Shown one piece after another: positions 1 to 13,516 of a stretch of DNA of 64,000 bases. Source of the DNA: Octopus sinensis (taxonomy: Eukaryota). The position numbers and the translations under genes were made by a program. The DNA lies in NCBI RefSeq assembly GCF_006345805.1, contig NC_042998.1:182714001-182778000 (forward strand), written 5' to 3'. Every line of letters begins with the position of its first letter. Positions within the stretch are counted from its first letter, which is position 1. The notes beneath the pieces were generated by a model. The model was given only the letters and a program-made list of their open reading frames with translations. It was not told the DNA's origin and did no database searches.

Positions 1-300
1 GGCTTGCTGGTAAAGAATGTGTTTGTGATGCACAGGTTGTGGTATGTGCAGAATTCGAGTAGTCTCTGACCATTGTCATTCATGTTGCCAATACCAAAGT
101 GTCCAACACAAATGGGCCACGAATCATGGTCAGATCCCACGCGAGCGTTAAAATCCCCTAGAAGGTAGATATTTTCAGTCGTTGGTATATTTTCTAGGAC
201 ACAGTTGAGATCTTTGTAGAACTGGTCCTTGGTCTCCTCTGAGCTGTAGAGAGTGGGAGCATAGATGCTGAGTAGATGTACTGAGCCAGAAGGATAATTC
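1..300 (-). mobile_element. RTE-clade LINE fragment, AP-endonuclease domain (runs off window start)
   Basis: Manual minus-strand translation VHLLSIYAPTLYSSEETKDQFYKDL...IYLLGDFNARVGSDHDSW...GIGNMNDNGQRLLEFCTYHNLCITNTFF, with the SIYAPT, GDFNARVG and NGQRLLEFC motifs of RTE APE domains; truncated by a SINE at about 308. Confidence 0.85.
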
Positions 301-307
301 TGAGGCC

Positions 308-523
308 AAAGGGGCTAAACACAGAGAGGACAAACAAGGACAGACAAACGGATTAAGTCAATTATATTGACCCCAGTGCGTAACTGGCACTTATCTAATC
401 GACCCTGAAAGGATGAAAGGCAAAGGCGACCTCGGCGGTATTTGAACTCAGAACGTAATGGCAGACAGAATACCGCTAAGCATTTCGCCCGACATGCTAA
501 CGCTTCTGCCAGCTCACCACCTT
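308..523 (-). mobile_element. SINE family A (tRNA-derived, CORE-like; resembles octopus OR-type SINEs)
   Basis: Minus strand has a GAGCTGGCAGAA head, a B-box-like GAGTTCAAAT, and the central GCCTTTCATCCTTTCGGGGTCGATAAATTAAGTACCAG-type block shared by at least 8 copies in the window. Confidence 0.85.
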
Positions 524-1019
524 AATAATTCAACACAACCTGAAGGGAAAACTTGAAGTGGAATGTACTCTACCAAAGTTATTTGTTAGCAGAAACATAG
601 ATGCCTTCAATTCATTAAAGGTTTCCTCAGCCTTATGTCTATATACATATACACATTTATGAATATATGATGATGGTTGTTGATATTAAGGTCTCCACGG
701 GGCAGTATTTAGCTGCAGATTTAATAACATAAAACAGATAAGAGATAAAAAAAACAAAATGTTACCTCTGTTACACTAGATCTTATCTGCTGAGAAAATC
801 ATCACAAGCCTATTTAAGAAAACCTGTGGGTATATATGTCAGTAAATATTTATACATACATACATACATACATGCATGCATACATACATACATACATACA
901 TACATACATACATACATACATACATACATACATACATACATACATGCATAAATACATACATACATGCATGCATGCACATGCACACACGCACACACACCAC
1001 ACATTGTATATAAATTCAG

Positions 1020-1470
1020 ATATGGCTATGTGTTTAAGAAGCTCACTTCCCAACCATATGGTTTCAGGTTCAGTTCCACTGTGTGGCACTTTGGGCAAGC
1101 GTTTTGTTTTATAGCCTTGGGTTGATCAATGCCTTGTGAATGAATTTGGATGATTAAAAACTGTATGGAAATCTGTCATATATGTATGTGTATGTATGTG
1201 AATATGTGTGTATATATCCGTGTGTATGTGTGTGTGTGTTTATATGAGTTTGTATGTGAGTGTGTATGTGTTTGTTTCCCTCATTGTGTGACAATCAGTA
1301 TTGATTTGTTTACATCTCCATAGCTTAGCGGTTTGGCAACAGAGACTAATTGAATGGGTACTAGATTTACAAAATAAGTACTGGGGTCAAATTATTTGAT
1401 TAAACCCCTCGAGATGGTGCCCCATCGTGGCTGCAGTTCAATGACTGAAACAAGTAAAAGATAAAAGATA
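1020..1470 (+). mobile_element. SINE family B (tRNA-derived head, internal microsatellite, GTAAAAGA-type tail)
   Basis: Diverged copy of the GGCTGTGTGGTAAG...GGTTCAGTCCCACT...GTGAGTGGATTTGGTAGA head, a (TG/TA) tract and the CAAATGACTGAAACAAGTAAAAGA tail. Confidence 0.8.
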
Positions 1471-1639
1471 GAAGGTATGTTGTATGTATGTGAGTACAAT
1501 GGGTGAGAAAACATTTGTACAAGAGTATGATAAGATACATACATGATGATGAGACAGAAAGAGTTATAGGAAGAAATATTGTGATACCAAGAGCAAGAAG
1601 ATGTATGAAAAGCAAGGGAATGAGTGAGAGTGAGATCAT

Positions 1640-2690
1640 CATCATCATTATCATCTAATGTCCATATTCCATGCTGGCATGGGTTGGACGAGCCAGAAGA
1701 CTGCATTGAATTCCAGTGTCTGTTTCAGCGTGGCTTCTACAGCTGGATGCCATTCCCAACATCATCCATTTTACAGAATGTACTGTGTAAAGTTTTCATG
1801 GCACCATCACTAGAGAGGTCAACAAATAACTTGCAAAACAAGACCCCTTGGCTGAGTTGGGGTGCAATATTGAGGGAGAGGGCATTGTGCTAGCTGTGGA
1901 GAAACTGAAGAATGATAAAGGACCAGGGACAGTTGTCTTGCTGTATAGGGGATACATGGCCACTGCAGCTGGAAAGGAAGGAAAGATGGTGAAGATGAGA
2001 TGTCAAAGTACAAGAAGGTGGATAAAGGGAGAATAGGGACAAAGAGTAGAGGATGGATGGATGGGTAGGTTCACAAGTGTGTGAAAGGCAAGTGACACAC
2101 TGTTAGAAATGAGGATAGAAGTAAATGCAGTGAACGGTGATAATGGGTTGAGACATAGTCAATAGTGAATCCCAGTTTAGAGGAAGGTGATAGAAAATAA
2201 AAAAGGATCAAGGAATGAGATGATAGGTAGCAATACATAAAGGGACGGATTGTGGAGAGAAAAGTTTGGTAAAACCATAGATAGATGAGAAATAAGATAT
2301 GAAGTGTGATGGGGAGAGAGAAGATGCAGTGACAGAGATGGAAATTAGTGGCTCATACAGGTGGATATAGTGAAAAAAAAAGGTGGGGAGGGACCATTGA
2401 TAGCTGATAAGAAAGGATGTTCAAGGGACAGGAGCATTCAAAAGATAAAGTGATAAAAGATTACGTTGAGAATGCAGAAATGTAATAAGAGAAATGATTC
2501 CAAGGAGAGGGATAACTGGTAACACAAAAGGTGGGATGGAATATGTACTATTCTGGTCTGATATAATTAGAACATCTGAGAAAATAGTGCCATAGTTGTA
2601 AGAGTGAAGAAGGGATGGGTGTTATGATAATGAGTTCTATGGAAGGCTTGATTGGGTGCAGGGTCATAGACATTTCATACACAGCTCCTA
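1640..2690 (-). mobile_element. Family C tail joined to about 850 bp of purine-rich sequence (possible longer element or partner-LINE 3' region)
   Basis: (CAT)n tail and family-C 3' block at 1640-1810 continue into a GA-rich tract; a similar arrangement occurs at about 36850-37330. Confidence 0.45.
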
Positions 2691-2692
2691 CC

Positions 2693-2925
2693 TATTTCTT
2701 TACTACCCACAAGGGGCTAAACACAGAAGAGACAAACAAGGACAGACAGACGGATTAAGTCGATTATATCAACCCCAGTGCATAACTGGTACTTAATTTA
2801 TCGACCCCGAAAGGATGAAAGGCAAAGTCGACCTTGGCGGAATTTGAACTCAGAACATAACGGCAGACGAAATACCACTAAGCATTTTGCCCGGCATGCT
2901 AACATTTCTGCCAGCTCGCCGCCTT
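2693..2925 (-). mobile_element. SINE family A
   Basis: Near full-length copy homologous to 308-523 and 57500-57734. Confidence 0.88.
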
Positions 2926-3769
2926 ATACCTTGCATTGTCTATGTACTTGGTTGCTTATACTGTATTAAGGCTTCCAGTATATTCTGAATAATATTACAA
3001 CTTTATCAGTATGTTGGCAACATTTTCTTGATCACTAGTTGTTGGAACCAATCTATATATAGGACTATGGTACTAATAGTTGAATTATATATTACTAGAA
3101 ATGGCTCCTTCTAAAGTTTTGGATGGAGAATACCCTCATCTGGAAAGTGTTGTAGTTATTTAGCTATCTCAACTTTACTGACTTTGCAGATATGATGTTT
3201 GATTGATTGTCAGCCTAAATATCTCTTAAGTCTGTAATCCTCATGTTTTCTATATTTAATCTTATCTTCAATATTCAAAAGTATTTTTACCTTCATAGCT
3301 TGATTTGATTTCACCAAGAGCAGAGCAGATATCACTTGACGAAATGGCATGGTTATGCAATAATGGGAATTTATGTAATATTGTGTAATTATCATATATG
3401 TTGTTGAATAGATAACCGCACTATCAAGACATGCATAGTGATGATCTGAGCTGTCCATTCTTATTGCTTTCTTACATGACACACATAATAAGTAGCAATT
3501 ATCTCATTGATGCATAAATGAATTTACAGCATTCCTGTTACCATTATTCAACCATTTAACTTTGCATGAGCTGCTATATTGACCATTTGAATGATAAGGA
3601 ATATTTATGTGTTCTTTCAGAGCACCCTGTTAGTCTGATATATGTAGGAGTGCTACAAGTTAATTGCCAAGATCTTTTTTGATCCCTACTACATAATTAT
3701 AATATATACATACATACATACATACATACATACATACATACATACATACATACCATCCACTACACTCAA

Positions 3770-4017
3770 GAAGTCCTGTCCACCACAGCAGAATTGATAC
3801 CAGTGCTGGTGCCACAAAAAAAGTACTCATGCTAGTGCCACATTAAAAGCACCCAGTACACTCTATGGAGTGGTTGGCATTAGGAAGGGCATTCAGCCAT
3901 AGAAACCATGCCTGAACAGGCAATGGAGCCTGGTGCAGCCCCTGGCCTTACCAGCTCCAATTAAACTGTCCAACCCATGCTAGCATGGAAAATAGACGTT
4001 AAATGATTATTATTATT

Positions 4018-4032
<15 letters not shown>
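3770..4032 (+). mobile_element. SINE family C (GGAAGGGCATCCAGC block, (GAT)n tail)
   Basis: AAAAGCACC...GGTTGGCATTAGGAAGGGCATTCAGC...CATGCTAGCATGGAAA...CGTTAAATGA followed by (GAT)n; a diverged minus copy follows tail-to-tail at about 4068-4300. Confidence 0.8.
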
Positions 4033-4053
<21 letters not shown>

Positions 4054-4661
4054 GTATATATATCACAGTCATCATCATCAAGTTCATTATCACTTTACAT
4101 TCGTTTTCCATGATAGCAATGGTTGGTTGGTTTAACAGGATCCAGCAGATCAGAGAACCATATCTTGCTTCAATGCCACAGCTTTGACAGATTTCAATGC
4201 TTGAATGTGTCCTTCCTTACATCACCCACTTTACAGAGTGTACTGAGTGCATTTTTGATAGTATCACTACTTCAGAAGCTATCTTGCTATCAGCTAAAGT
4301 AAAAAAAAAAACTTCTCGAGCCCTGTGTTGCCACTGCACAATTCAGATTTGGTCAGTAACAAAATTACTAGTCAGAGCCATCTTATCATACACCAGCATA
4401 GAGAGTACTTTACCACTGAACCTATTTAAAATTTAAAGGTGTTCTAAAAATGTTAATTATTCTCATTGCTTGCCGTCTACTTACTCAATAGGTTAGCAAT
4501 AATTCTCCAGTCAGTATCTAGCTTGTTTACTCTCTATATTTATCCTTCCTTTGTTATGCCATTTAGTTTGCATTTTGCTGGTCATAAGATCTAAAGATGA
4601 TCTAAATTTTCACCATAGGCTGGTGGACCAAGGTACCATAGAAATAGCACCTGGTTTCAAA

Positions 4662-5053
4662 TCTCTCTATATCTAAAGCTGAAGTTGTCTGTGTATGGCA
4701 GGTTTGGTAGCCTTCAACTAACACTATCTCCTGCGAGACCCTGTGGTGCAAGTTGAACAAAATTAAGAGTATGATAGAAGAAGGTTTGCTTTTCCTTTCG
4801 TAGAAGAAAAAATTCAAATCGGACCATGTTAACACCAAAAATTATTTACATCAAAAAGGTGCTTTTTTTCTATGAAAATCCCTATTTTTTACGATTTTTT
4901 TACTGCTGTGTCGCCATTTTTCGGTGTATTTCAACCAGAAAAATGTTCACTTAAAGAGAATAACAAGCTACATAATACAAAATTTTTACTTTTCAAAAAT
5001 TCCGATTCTAAAGGGTCGAAACAAACCCGAGCAACACTGGGCAATACTGCTAG
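4662..5053 (+). mobile_element. Non-autonomous Helitron
   Basis: Starts TC after an A (A|TCTCTCTATATCTAAAG), ends with the CCCGAGCAACACTGGG hairpin and CTAG followed by T; same 3' end as the Helitrons at 60-62 kb. Confidence 0.8.
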
Positions 5054-5216
5054 TATATGCTATTTGTGGGGACCAGTCTAAAAGGCAGGAAGAAATCCAG
5101 ATACACATAGAAATTCACATTCATTTATCTCCACTTAAATGTAGATATTCTATTAGGGCATGGAAATTTCTCACATTGTAACCATGGTAGCATAGTTTGT
5201 TCTAATTGAACAGATA

Positions 5217-5601
5217 GGCGCAGGAGTGGCTGTGTGGTAAGTAGCTTGCTTACCAACCACATAGTTCCGGGTTCAGTCTCACTGCATGGCCCCTTGGGCA
5301 AGTGTCTTCCACTATAGCCTCGGGCCGACCAAAGCCTTGTGAGTGGATTTGGTAGATGAAAACTGAAAGAAGCCCATCGTATATATGTATATGTATATAT
5401 GTGTGAGCGTTTGTATGTCTGTGTTTGCCCCCCCACCCCACATTGCTACAACCCCGTAACTTAGTGGTTCAGCAAAAGATACTGATAGAATAAGTACTAG
5501 GCTTACAAAGAATAAGTCCTGGGGTCGATTTGCTTGACTAAAAGGCAGTGCTCCAGGACGGCCGCAGTCAAATGACAGAAACAAGTAAAAGAGTAAAAGA
5601 G
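5217..5601 (+). mobile_element. SINE family B
   Basis: Well-preserved head, internal (TA/TG) tract and tail. Confidence 0.88.
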
Positions 5602-6099
5602 ATCTCTCCACTAGTGATATAAAAAGTGTCCATTTTGCACCAAAAAGCCTTTATGGGAATTTCTCTCATGGTAACTATTGCAGTATAGTTTATTCTAACA
5701 GACCACACAAATATATGTTCACATTTATTGGTTTATTTTAATGGTTTATTTTATAGATCTTTCACAAATTTAATGATGTTCTTCCCTAATAATCATTTCC
5801 ATCTCCTATTTATCACTCCTATAATTATTTCAATACCAGGTCTAGCACTCATGATAACTAGAAATTAAATATTTATAAGGTTCAATATTGAAGGAGTATC
5901 ATATGTCAGAAGAAGCTTCCATAATACAAATATAGAATTCAATGATGTATTATTAAATTGATTTTAAATGAGAATTAAACACTTTGCCTGATGGCTTATT
6001 TACATTTGACTGTAATTTCAGTTTGCGTCTTCGGATAAGTAAATGTTCTATAGTTCCTTTTTGTTACCATATTTCTGATGAAATATACTATTTTTCATC

Positions 6100-6430
6100 A
6101 TCTTCATTGTTTAATGTCCGCTTTCCATGCTAGCATGGGTTGGACGGTTCAACTGGGGTCTGGGAAGCCAGGAGGCTGCACCAGGCCCAGTCTGATCTGG
6201 CAGTGTTTCTGGATGCCCTTCCTAACGCCAACCACTCAGTGAGTGTAGTGGGTGCTTTTTACGTGCCACTGGCACAGGTGCCAGACAAGGCTGGCAACGG
6301 CCACGATCAGTTGGTGCTTTTTATGTGCCACCGGTACGGAGGCCAGTCGGGGTGGCACTGGCAATGGCCACGTTCGGATGGTTCTCTTACGTTCCACTGG
6401 CACTGGTATCACAACTACAATTTCCATTGA
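6100..6430 (-). mobile_element. SINE family C
   Basis: CATGCTAGCATGGGTTGGACGG...GGATGCCCTTCCTAACGCCAACCAC block and internal GTGCCAC repeats. Confidence 0.85.
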
Positions 6431-6540
6431 TTTTGATCGATTTTGATTTCAATTTTTATTTCAATTAATTATGAAAATAATGAAAAATTCAGTAAAATAT
6501 TTTAATCATTATTAAGTTGGGATTTAATATAATGAAATTA

Positions 6541-7040
6541 TTGTATACAGTGCTCAGGTGCACCACAACTTGTCAAAAGTGCGTATAAAGCATATGCAGT
6601 AATATACAAATGTCTGGGAAGTGAACAGTGTATGAGTCAGATACATGCTTGCATGTGTATGGAGGGGAGAAAATCAGGTGAAGTGTTGGCAAATCTCAGG
6701 AAGCATGGAAGTTTTGAAGGATGCAGTGCTCCAACAACTAACAACTGATGCCAGCAATTTGTTCCACACCTCAGCAACTCTTAGCATGAAAAAATATTTC
6801 CGAAAGTCATGGGAGCTGTGCTGTTTTCTGACTTTGTAAACATGTCCACGGGTGTTAGACAGGTGGAGTTTGAAAAGGTGTTCAGAGTTATTGTTGGTAA
6901 GATGGTTAATAATTTTATGGGTGTCTGCCAGATGTCGGAGTTTCAATGTATCCATGCCCAGGGAAGTAAGGCGTTCAGAATATGGCAAATGCCTGATAGA
7001 GAGTATTCTCTTGGTTGTTCTCTTGGTTAATTTGGAACAC
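6541..7040 (-). mobile_element. CR1-clade LINE 3' fragment
   Basis: ORF 6674-7042: RHLPYSERLTSLGMDTLKLRHL...NTRGHVYKVRKQ...RKYFFMLRVAEVWNKL, the typical CR1 ORF2 C-terminus, followed by a conserved 3' UTR. Confidence 0.88.
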
Positions 7041-7401
7041 AAATTAATATGAAATTTTGAAGGCTAGTCTTGATTCAGATCAATTTAAACAGGTAGTTTG
7101 TATCAGAGATCCAGTCTCAGACAGGTTGGTATCAAATTGGTTAAAGTAATATGGAATGTTAAAATGTGTAATGAGTAGAAGTGACAGCTTTTTTCCTATT
7201 CTTAAGGCTAAAAATATGACTTATTTTCATCACTCATATCTATATCTAATCTAATCCTATGTAATTCTTTCTTCCAAATTATAATGTTAAGAAAATATGA
7301 GATAAATTCTCCTTTGAATAGGACATGAGTATATCACTTTACTATGGATACAACTAAATGCTTGAACATATACAGACACAGTATTTAGAAGCATATATGG
7401 G

Positions 7402-7456
<55 letters not shown>

Positions 7457-7663
7457 GTATGTGCATGTGTGCTATATGCACAAAATTGCTCTAAACCAAA
7501 AAGGAAGAATTCCAGTGTGGAGGAAAGAGGTAACCAATATATAGAAAATAGTAAAAAATAAAATGTAAAGAAAAAAAAGACAGGTTAGAAAAAGATAAGC
7601 CCTAAATATATCAATTGATCGCTATCAATATATATACACTTATATGAATACATACATACATGC

Positions 7664-7726
<63 letters not shown>

Positions 7727-7758
7727 TACATATATATATATATATGTATGTATGTATG

Positions 7759-7792
<34 letters not shown>

Positions 7793-8407
7793 TGTATGTA
7801 TACATGTATGTATATACATATATATATATTTATATATATATATCCACACACACACATGTGTGTGTATAAGTATATACATGTATTTTAATTAAAATGTTAT
7901 ACACACATATGTGCAAACACATATTACTATGTGTTTGTGTACATGTGTGAGTGTGTGTATGCATGCACACGTGTGTGTGTGTGTGTATGCATGCACACAT
8001 GTGTACATATGTGCTGTGTGTGTGTGTGTTTGTGTGTGCATGCATATACTATAACACACGACCAGTAGGATGATAGCAGCCTGGAGCTGTTGGAACGGCT
8101 TCATCTATGATTAACAGTTTTGAGTTAACGTAGCACAAGTTTTGCTAAAAATATTCCTTTTCTCTTCTTGACTCAACAACATTAGCCAAAGCTATCTTCA
8201 CGTTGCCTGTTCTACTCTAGTTATCAACTAATTCTCCACCTACCCGCCTACTTAATTTTCCTACCTACCTACCTATATATTTCAGCTCACCACCTATCAC
8301 ACACTCAGTATCTACCTATCTCTCTTTCCTACTTTGTGTGTGTGTGTGTATGTGTGTGTGTAGGGGGATGGATGTGTATTTGCGTGTGTGTGTGTGTGTG
8401 TGTGTGT

Positions 8408-8551
8408 ACTTTGCTTCTCAACCATAGTTCCTGATTCAGTCCCAGTGTGTGGCAAATTGGGGGCAAATGTCTCCTACAACAGTTTTTAGGCTGATCAGAG
8501 CCTTGTGAGTGGATTTGGTAGATGGTAACTGAAATAAGTCCAACATGTGAG
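8408..8551 (+). mobile_element. SINE family B, 5' half (interrupted by the Tx1 LINE)
   Basis: Head sequence ...AACCATAGTTCCTGATTCAGTCCCA...GCCTTGTGAGTGGATTTGGTAGATGGTAACTGAAA leads directly into (GATA)n; the matching 3' half is at about 13390-13516. Confidence 0.7.
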
Positions 8552-9097
<546 letters not shown>

Positions 9098-9198
9098 TGT
9101 TTCTTTATTAGCCACACAGGGCTGCACACAGATAGAACAAATTACAAGGTAGAGCTTTTCTTTTGAAGGTTTAAAAAAAAAAATAAAAAAATAAAAAA

Positions 9199-9229
<31 letters not shown>

Positions 9230-9652
9230 TAACAAATAAAATAAAATAAAAAAGGGGGGGGTCGATCAAAAGGGATCGTAAAAGGAGAGAAAGGACAAAA
9301 AAAAAGGGGGGGTTAAAAAAAAGGGGGGGGTTAAAAAAAAGGGGGAGAGGAAAAAAAATTGATCAATAGGGATCGTTATCACAGAAATGTCAATATGAAG
9401 TGTAAAGGGGAGGACAGGTGAGGTTTACCCGTGGAAAGAAAAGCCTACGGAAAAGACCACGGTAACCTCGGTCAATGAAGTCACATGTTATATTTCTTTT
9501 TTTTTTTTTTGCAAATAAGCAACTCTCTGTATTAATTTTTACGGTTCATAGAATCATAGTCAAGGTGGCTTCGTCATTCATACGTGCCATCCTTGCTACA
9601 TTCACCCATCTTTTTTTAAAACATTCACTAGACAAAACTTGCCTCTCTACTC

Positions 9653-11323
9653 TCACTTTTTCTTCAAGTGATACTTGAAGAAGTTGATGAGAGATTGACC
9701 AGAGAGGAAAGTGTTTGTCTCTAATCCTTTCAGACGCGTCCACCAGATACATTCTTTCGCCATAGCCACAAGTATGATAAAAATAGCTCTTCCTTCCCGT
9801 TTGAAGGAAGGAGGCGTGACGATATTAACGATAGACTCGGCTGATAAACCGACACGTCCCACAGGTGACAGCAGTCGTTCGACATAAGCCCACAGGTGGG
9901 AAATTGCTGGACACTGCACGATTGCGTGCAGAGCGGTTTCGTCGCTCTGCCCGCATCTCGGGCAGGTCGGCCCCGTGTTTCTCGAGCCATGCCTATAGAG
10001 CTTATCCCGAACGGGTAGCGCTTCTCGGTAGCACCGCCAGGCCAGGGATCTCTGGAAGTTGTCCATAGGTCCCGGGCCGAAAGTCGTTTGAAACAGGCGG
10101 GTCAGGTATTCCTCGTCGATGCCCAGGTTTGCCCCGAGCTCGTCGTCGTACCTCCCCTCCACTAATCCCCTGTAGAATGCTTTGGTTGTGTTGAAGTCAC
10201 TCAAGGTCGACCCGGGACGGCAGAGTTGCTTGAGAGCAACGCGACACTCGCGGTGCCATTCGCCCTTCTTCGGTCTCTTTTTGATCCACGACTGTAGTTC
10301 GGTCATGGAGACGAGTTGCGGGAATGCGTGCCTCACAAACGGCGACCACACCTGTTCACCGTCGTCTACATAGAGCCGGAGATGTCGCAGTCTCAGCGCG
10401 TGTCTGCGCATCATCAACCACGGCATGCCCAGCCCTCCTTTTAACGGGTGTTGACAGCAAATGGATCGCCTGACCATCGGGACGCATCCTTTCCACAAGA
10501 AGCGGAAGAGGATGCGTTCTAGTTTGGTGATGGTAGGGTCGGGACAAGGTACGACGGTCAGGCGGTAGTAGATGATGGACGCGATGTACGCGTTCACCAC
10601 CTCCGCCCGACCTTTTAGGGACAGTTTCCTCTCGGCCCATTGCTGGGCGAGAGTGACCACCCTACTCGTTATCTCGTTCCAGTTCTTCTCCATTTGGAGG
10701 TCCGGACCGAACCAGACCCCGAGCAACTCAACCGGGCCGTCTGTCCAGCGTCCCACGACGGAGGTACTGGTGGACGGCATGGGCTTGCTTCTCCAGATGC
10801 CGAGCCGCAAGCCCACTGACTTTTCCCGGTTGATTTTTGCTCCTGTCACCGCTTCGTAGTCTTTCAGTGTCTCGCCGACCCCCTCGATGTGCTCGTGGCT
10901 TGACACTATGACGGTGACGTCGTCCGCGTATGCAGACACGCTCGTCCCGCATCCTAATTCTCGCGGGATGCCCCTCAGAGTCGCCAGCTTCCGCAGTAGT
11001 GGCTCAAGAGTCAATACGTATAGAAGCGCCGAGAGGGGGCATCCCTGACGGACCGAACGTGCAATGTCGAAGGGTCTCGATAGATGTCCATTTACGCGAA
11101 TTACCGAACGGATGCCCCTGTACAAGGCAGCTATCCAGCCGCGGAAGACGGGACCGAAACCAGCCGCTCTCAGGACTGCCTCCAAGTATCGATGGTCTAC
11201 CCTATCAAAGGCTTTCGATTGATCCAAGTTGATCAGGGCCCCACCCATGCCAGGTTCGTTAACTACCCTGTCTATGATGTAGCGCATCAGATGGAGGTTG
11301 TCATGGATGCTCCGGCCCGGCAC
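9653..11323 (-). pseudogene. Tx1 ORF2 reverse transcriptase and C-terminal CCHC-type domain
   Basis: LINLDQSKAFDRVDH, VRQGCPLSALLYVLTLEPLL, YADD, GGLGMP and CPRCGQSDETALHAIVQC motifs in the 556-aa ORF. Confidence 0.93.
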
Positions 11324-12174
11324 GGCGCACGTTTGTGCGTTGTCGACCAGTTTCTCTCCATGACAAGCGCCAACCTCTTGGCTAACACCTTTGTCAAAAT
11401 TTTCAGGTCTGCATTGAGCAGAGTGATTGGCCTAAAGTTATCTATAATGTTTCCCTTGTTTGGATCTTTCTTCAGCAGAGTTACAGCTCCTCGACTCACA
11501 AAACCGGGTATGCTCCCGTTTTGCTGCCAGTTGCAGTATACCGCTGCCAAGACGTCTCCAAACAAGTCTGGCATACAATAGTAAAATTCGTAGGGTAGAC
11601 CATCCAAACCCGGTGATTTGTCCCTCGAGCATTCTGCCATCGCTTCCCGCACTTCCGCCGCCGTGATGGCACCTTCGCAGCACCCTGCCTTTCTTGTCGA
11701 GAGTCGTGGCAGGCTATGTAGGTAGGCACTGAAGTCTACCCTACGTTCTTGCCCTCCACTCGTCCCGAACAGTCGGGCAAAATGCTGCTGAAAGGCCTCA
11801 CACATTTTACTTGGCTCGAGCAATTCGCGCCCCTGTTCATCTACCAGTGACCGAATGGTGGCTTTGTTGCCCTGTTGCGCCTCTGCCACCCGGGCCTCTC
11901 TCGCGGCTCCAACACCTTCGTTCCTTAGAGCACGCATCCTAGCTCTGACAGCACATCCTTCGTGTTTGGCGTTGAAGTGTTGGTCGAGGGCCAACCTCGC
12001 CGCCAAAACGTCGGATGCGATGCCGCTTCTAATTGCCTCTTCTAGCTTCTTAACTAGCTCACCCTCTACTCTATTTCTATCTATGGCTAGTGCTTTGCTG
12101 TACCTAATCGCTTCTGCTTTTACTGCTCTCTTGAGGGCAAACCACCATTTGTTGTTGATGATGGCTCCCGTCAA
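11287..12174 (-). pseudogene. Tx1 ORF2 linker and RT N-terminus
   Basis: KSPGLDGLPYEFY and NFRPITLLNADLKILTKVLAKRL motifs; frameshifts into the next segment near 11350. Confidence 0.92.
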
Positions 12175-12185
12175 AGCCCTCTTTA

Positions 12186-12983
12186 CTAGTGTGCTAATCC
12201 GGTCTCTGAAACTTGTCTGGACGGGAATGATGCGTTCAGTTTCCAGTACCCAGGACCCTGTCTATGTGCCTTATCTAAGTCTAGCGTACATGTCACCAAT
12301 TTGTGATCCGTGTAGCTGACTGTGTGGAATTGTGGACATCCTAAGTTATCCTTGTCTACTGTCCTACACAGTATCCTATCTAGATACGATCTCGACGACC
12401 CACTGCGGTTGCTCCATGTCCACGTTGGTGCATTTGGGTGGTCGAGTCGGTACCTGTCAGACAGTTGGAATCGTCTGAGCAGGTCTCTGAGGCATTTGCA
12501 TCCCCTTCTGTTTCTGTCTCTACCCACGTAGTCTACATGCGTGTCCAAGGTAGCATTCCAATCCCCCACTAAGAGTAAAGGACGAGACGTTCCCAAGAAT
12601 ACTTCTAGACGTCGAAAGAAATCCGCCCGACCTGTTAAGGGCGGTGCGTAGACTGATACGAGTCGAAAAGCGCACCCATTGCTGCCGTCAACATCCAGAA
12701 CGATCAGTCTACCCTCCGGGTCTACGAATATCGTCTTGACTTCGAGATCCAGGCTCTTGTGAAAAAGTACCGCGGTGCCACTACCGCCCATCCTCGGCAG
12801 ACAGGGAGCGAAATAAATGTTAAACTGTCCGCCAAACATGGACTTTAGGGCCCGTGACTCGTGGAGTCTGGTCTCACTTATGGCTATGATTCCCAAATCA
12901 TGTGACTTGATGTCATTTAGGAGGTATCCTTGTTTCCAAGGAGACCCCAAGCCATGCGCATTCACACAACCAATCTTGACCAT
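12186..12983 (-). pseudogene. Tx1 ORF2 AP endonuclease domain
   Basis: IGCVNAHGL, IAISETR, LVSVYAP, LLVGDWNATL, SYLDRIL, YTDHKLV and GPGYWKLNAS motifs. Confidence 0.93.
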
Positions 12984-13389
12984 GATTCTATTGGGGTGTG
13001 TGCTTTAAAACACACAAATGAAAGTACAGAGAGTTACTTACTTGTGTCGAAAGTTTTGGCTTCCTCGTTCTTTGATGTGTCTTCGAGGAGGTTTCTATAT
13101 AGTTTTTGGACAGATATTTCTGGAAACCCCCTACAGCATTTGGGAAGAGGGCTTTGAGTTTGTGGTTTGTGTTTGTGTGATGTGGTATTTTGATGTGTTT
13201 GGGTGGTGTAGTGCGTGGATGATTGCTATTTTTAAAGTCATCTTCACAAATGTTTGTGTATCCTGTGATGTACTCCATTAGTTTTGGAGTCTTTTGTGTC
13301 TATCGCTGATAGCATTGTTTTTGTGGTGTTGGTGCTTGTTTTGTTGTGTAGATAGACATATATAGATAGACATATATAGATATAGATGC

Positions 13390-13516
13390 ATACATGTGTG
13401 TGTGTGTGTGTGTGTGTGTTTTAGTATCTGTGTTAGACCTCACCACTGCCTGATAGCTGGTGTTGGTTTGTTTACATTTCTGTAACTTATCTGTTCAGTA
13501 AAGGAGACCAAGGTAA
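13390..13516 (+). mobile_element. SINE family B, 3' half
   Basis: (TG)n then CACCACTGCCTGATAGCTGGTGTTGGTTTGTTTACATTTCTGTAACTTA, matching the family-B tail; cut off by an RTE fragment. Confidence 0.65.

Larger units (their letters stand above)
9098..13348 (-). mobile_element. Tx1/L1-clade non-LTR retrotransposon, 5'-truncated, ORF2 broken by two frameshifts
   Basis: APE domain, RT domain and C-terminal zinc knuckle in order; about 550-nt 3' UTR ending in AATAAAGAAACAT then (ATCT)n; a probable ORF1 C-terminal remnant precedes the ORF2 ATG. Confidence 0.93.

Noticed and set aside
810-1114. ORFs made of YIHT, MYVC, LSIY, poly-I/N/L/R repeats here and throughout (e.g. 7585-8045, 8329-9235, 28812-29436, 58447-59425)
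   Set aside because: They are translations of stop-free microsatellites, not genes.
12988-13278. 96-aa ORF upstream of Tx1 ORF2 as an intact short ORF1
   Set aside because: No ORF1 motifs; a different frame (EISVQKLYRNLLEDTSKNEEAKTFDTSK*) looks more like the true ORF1 end, so this is probably a truncated, frameshifted remnant.
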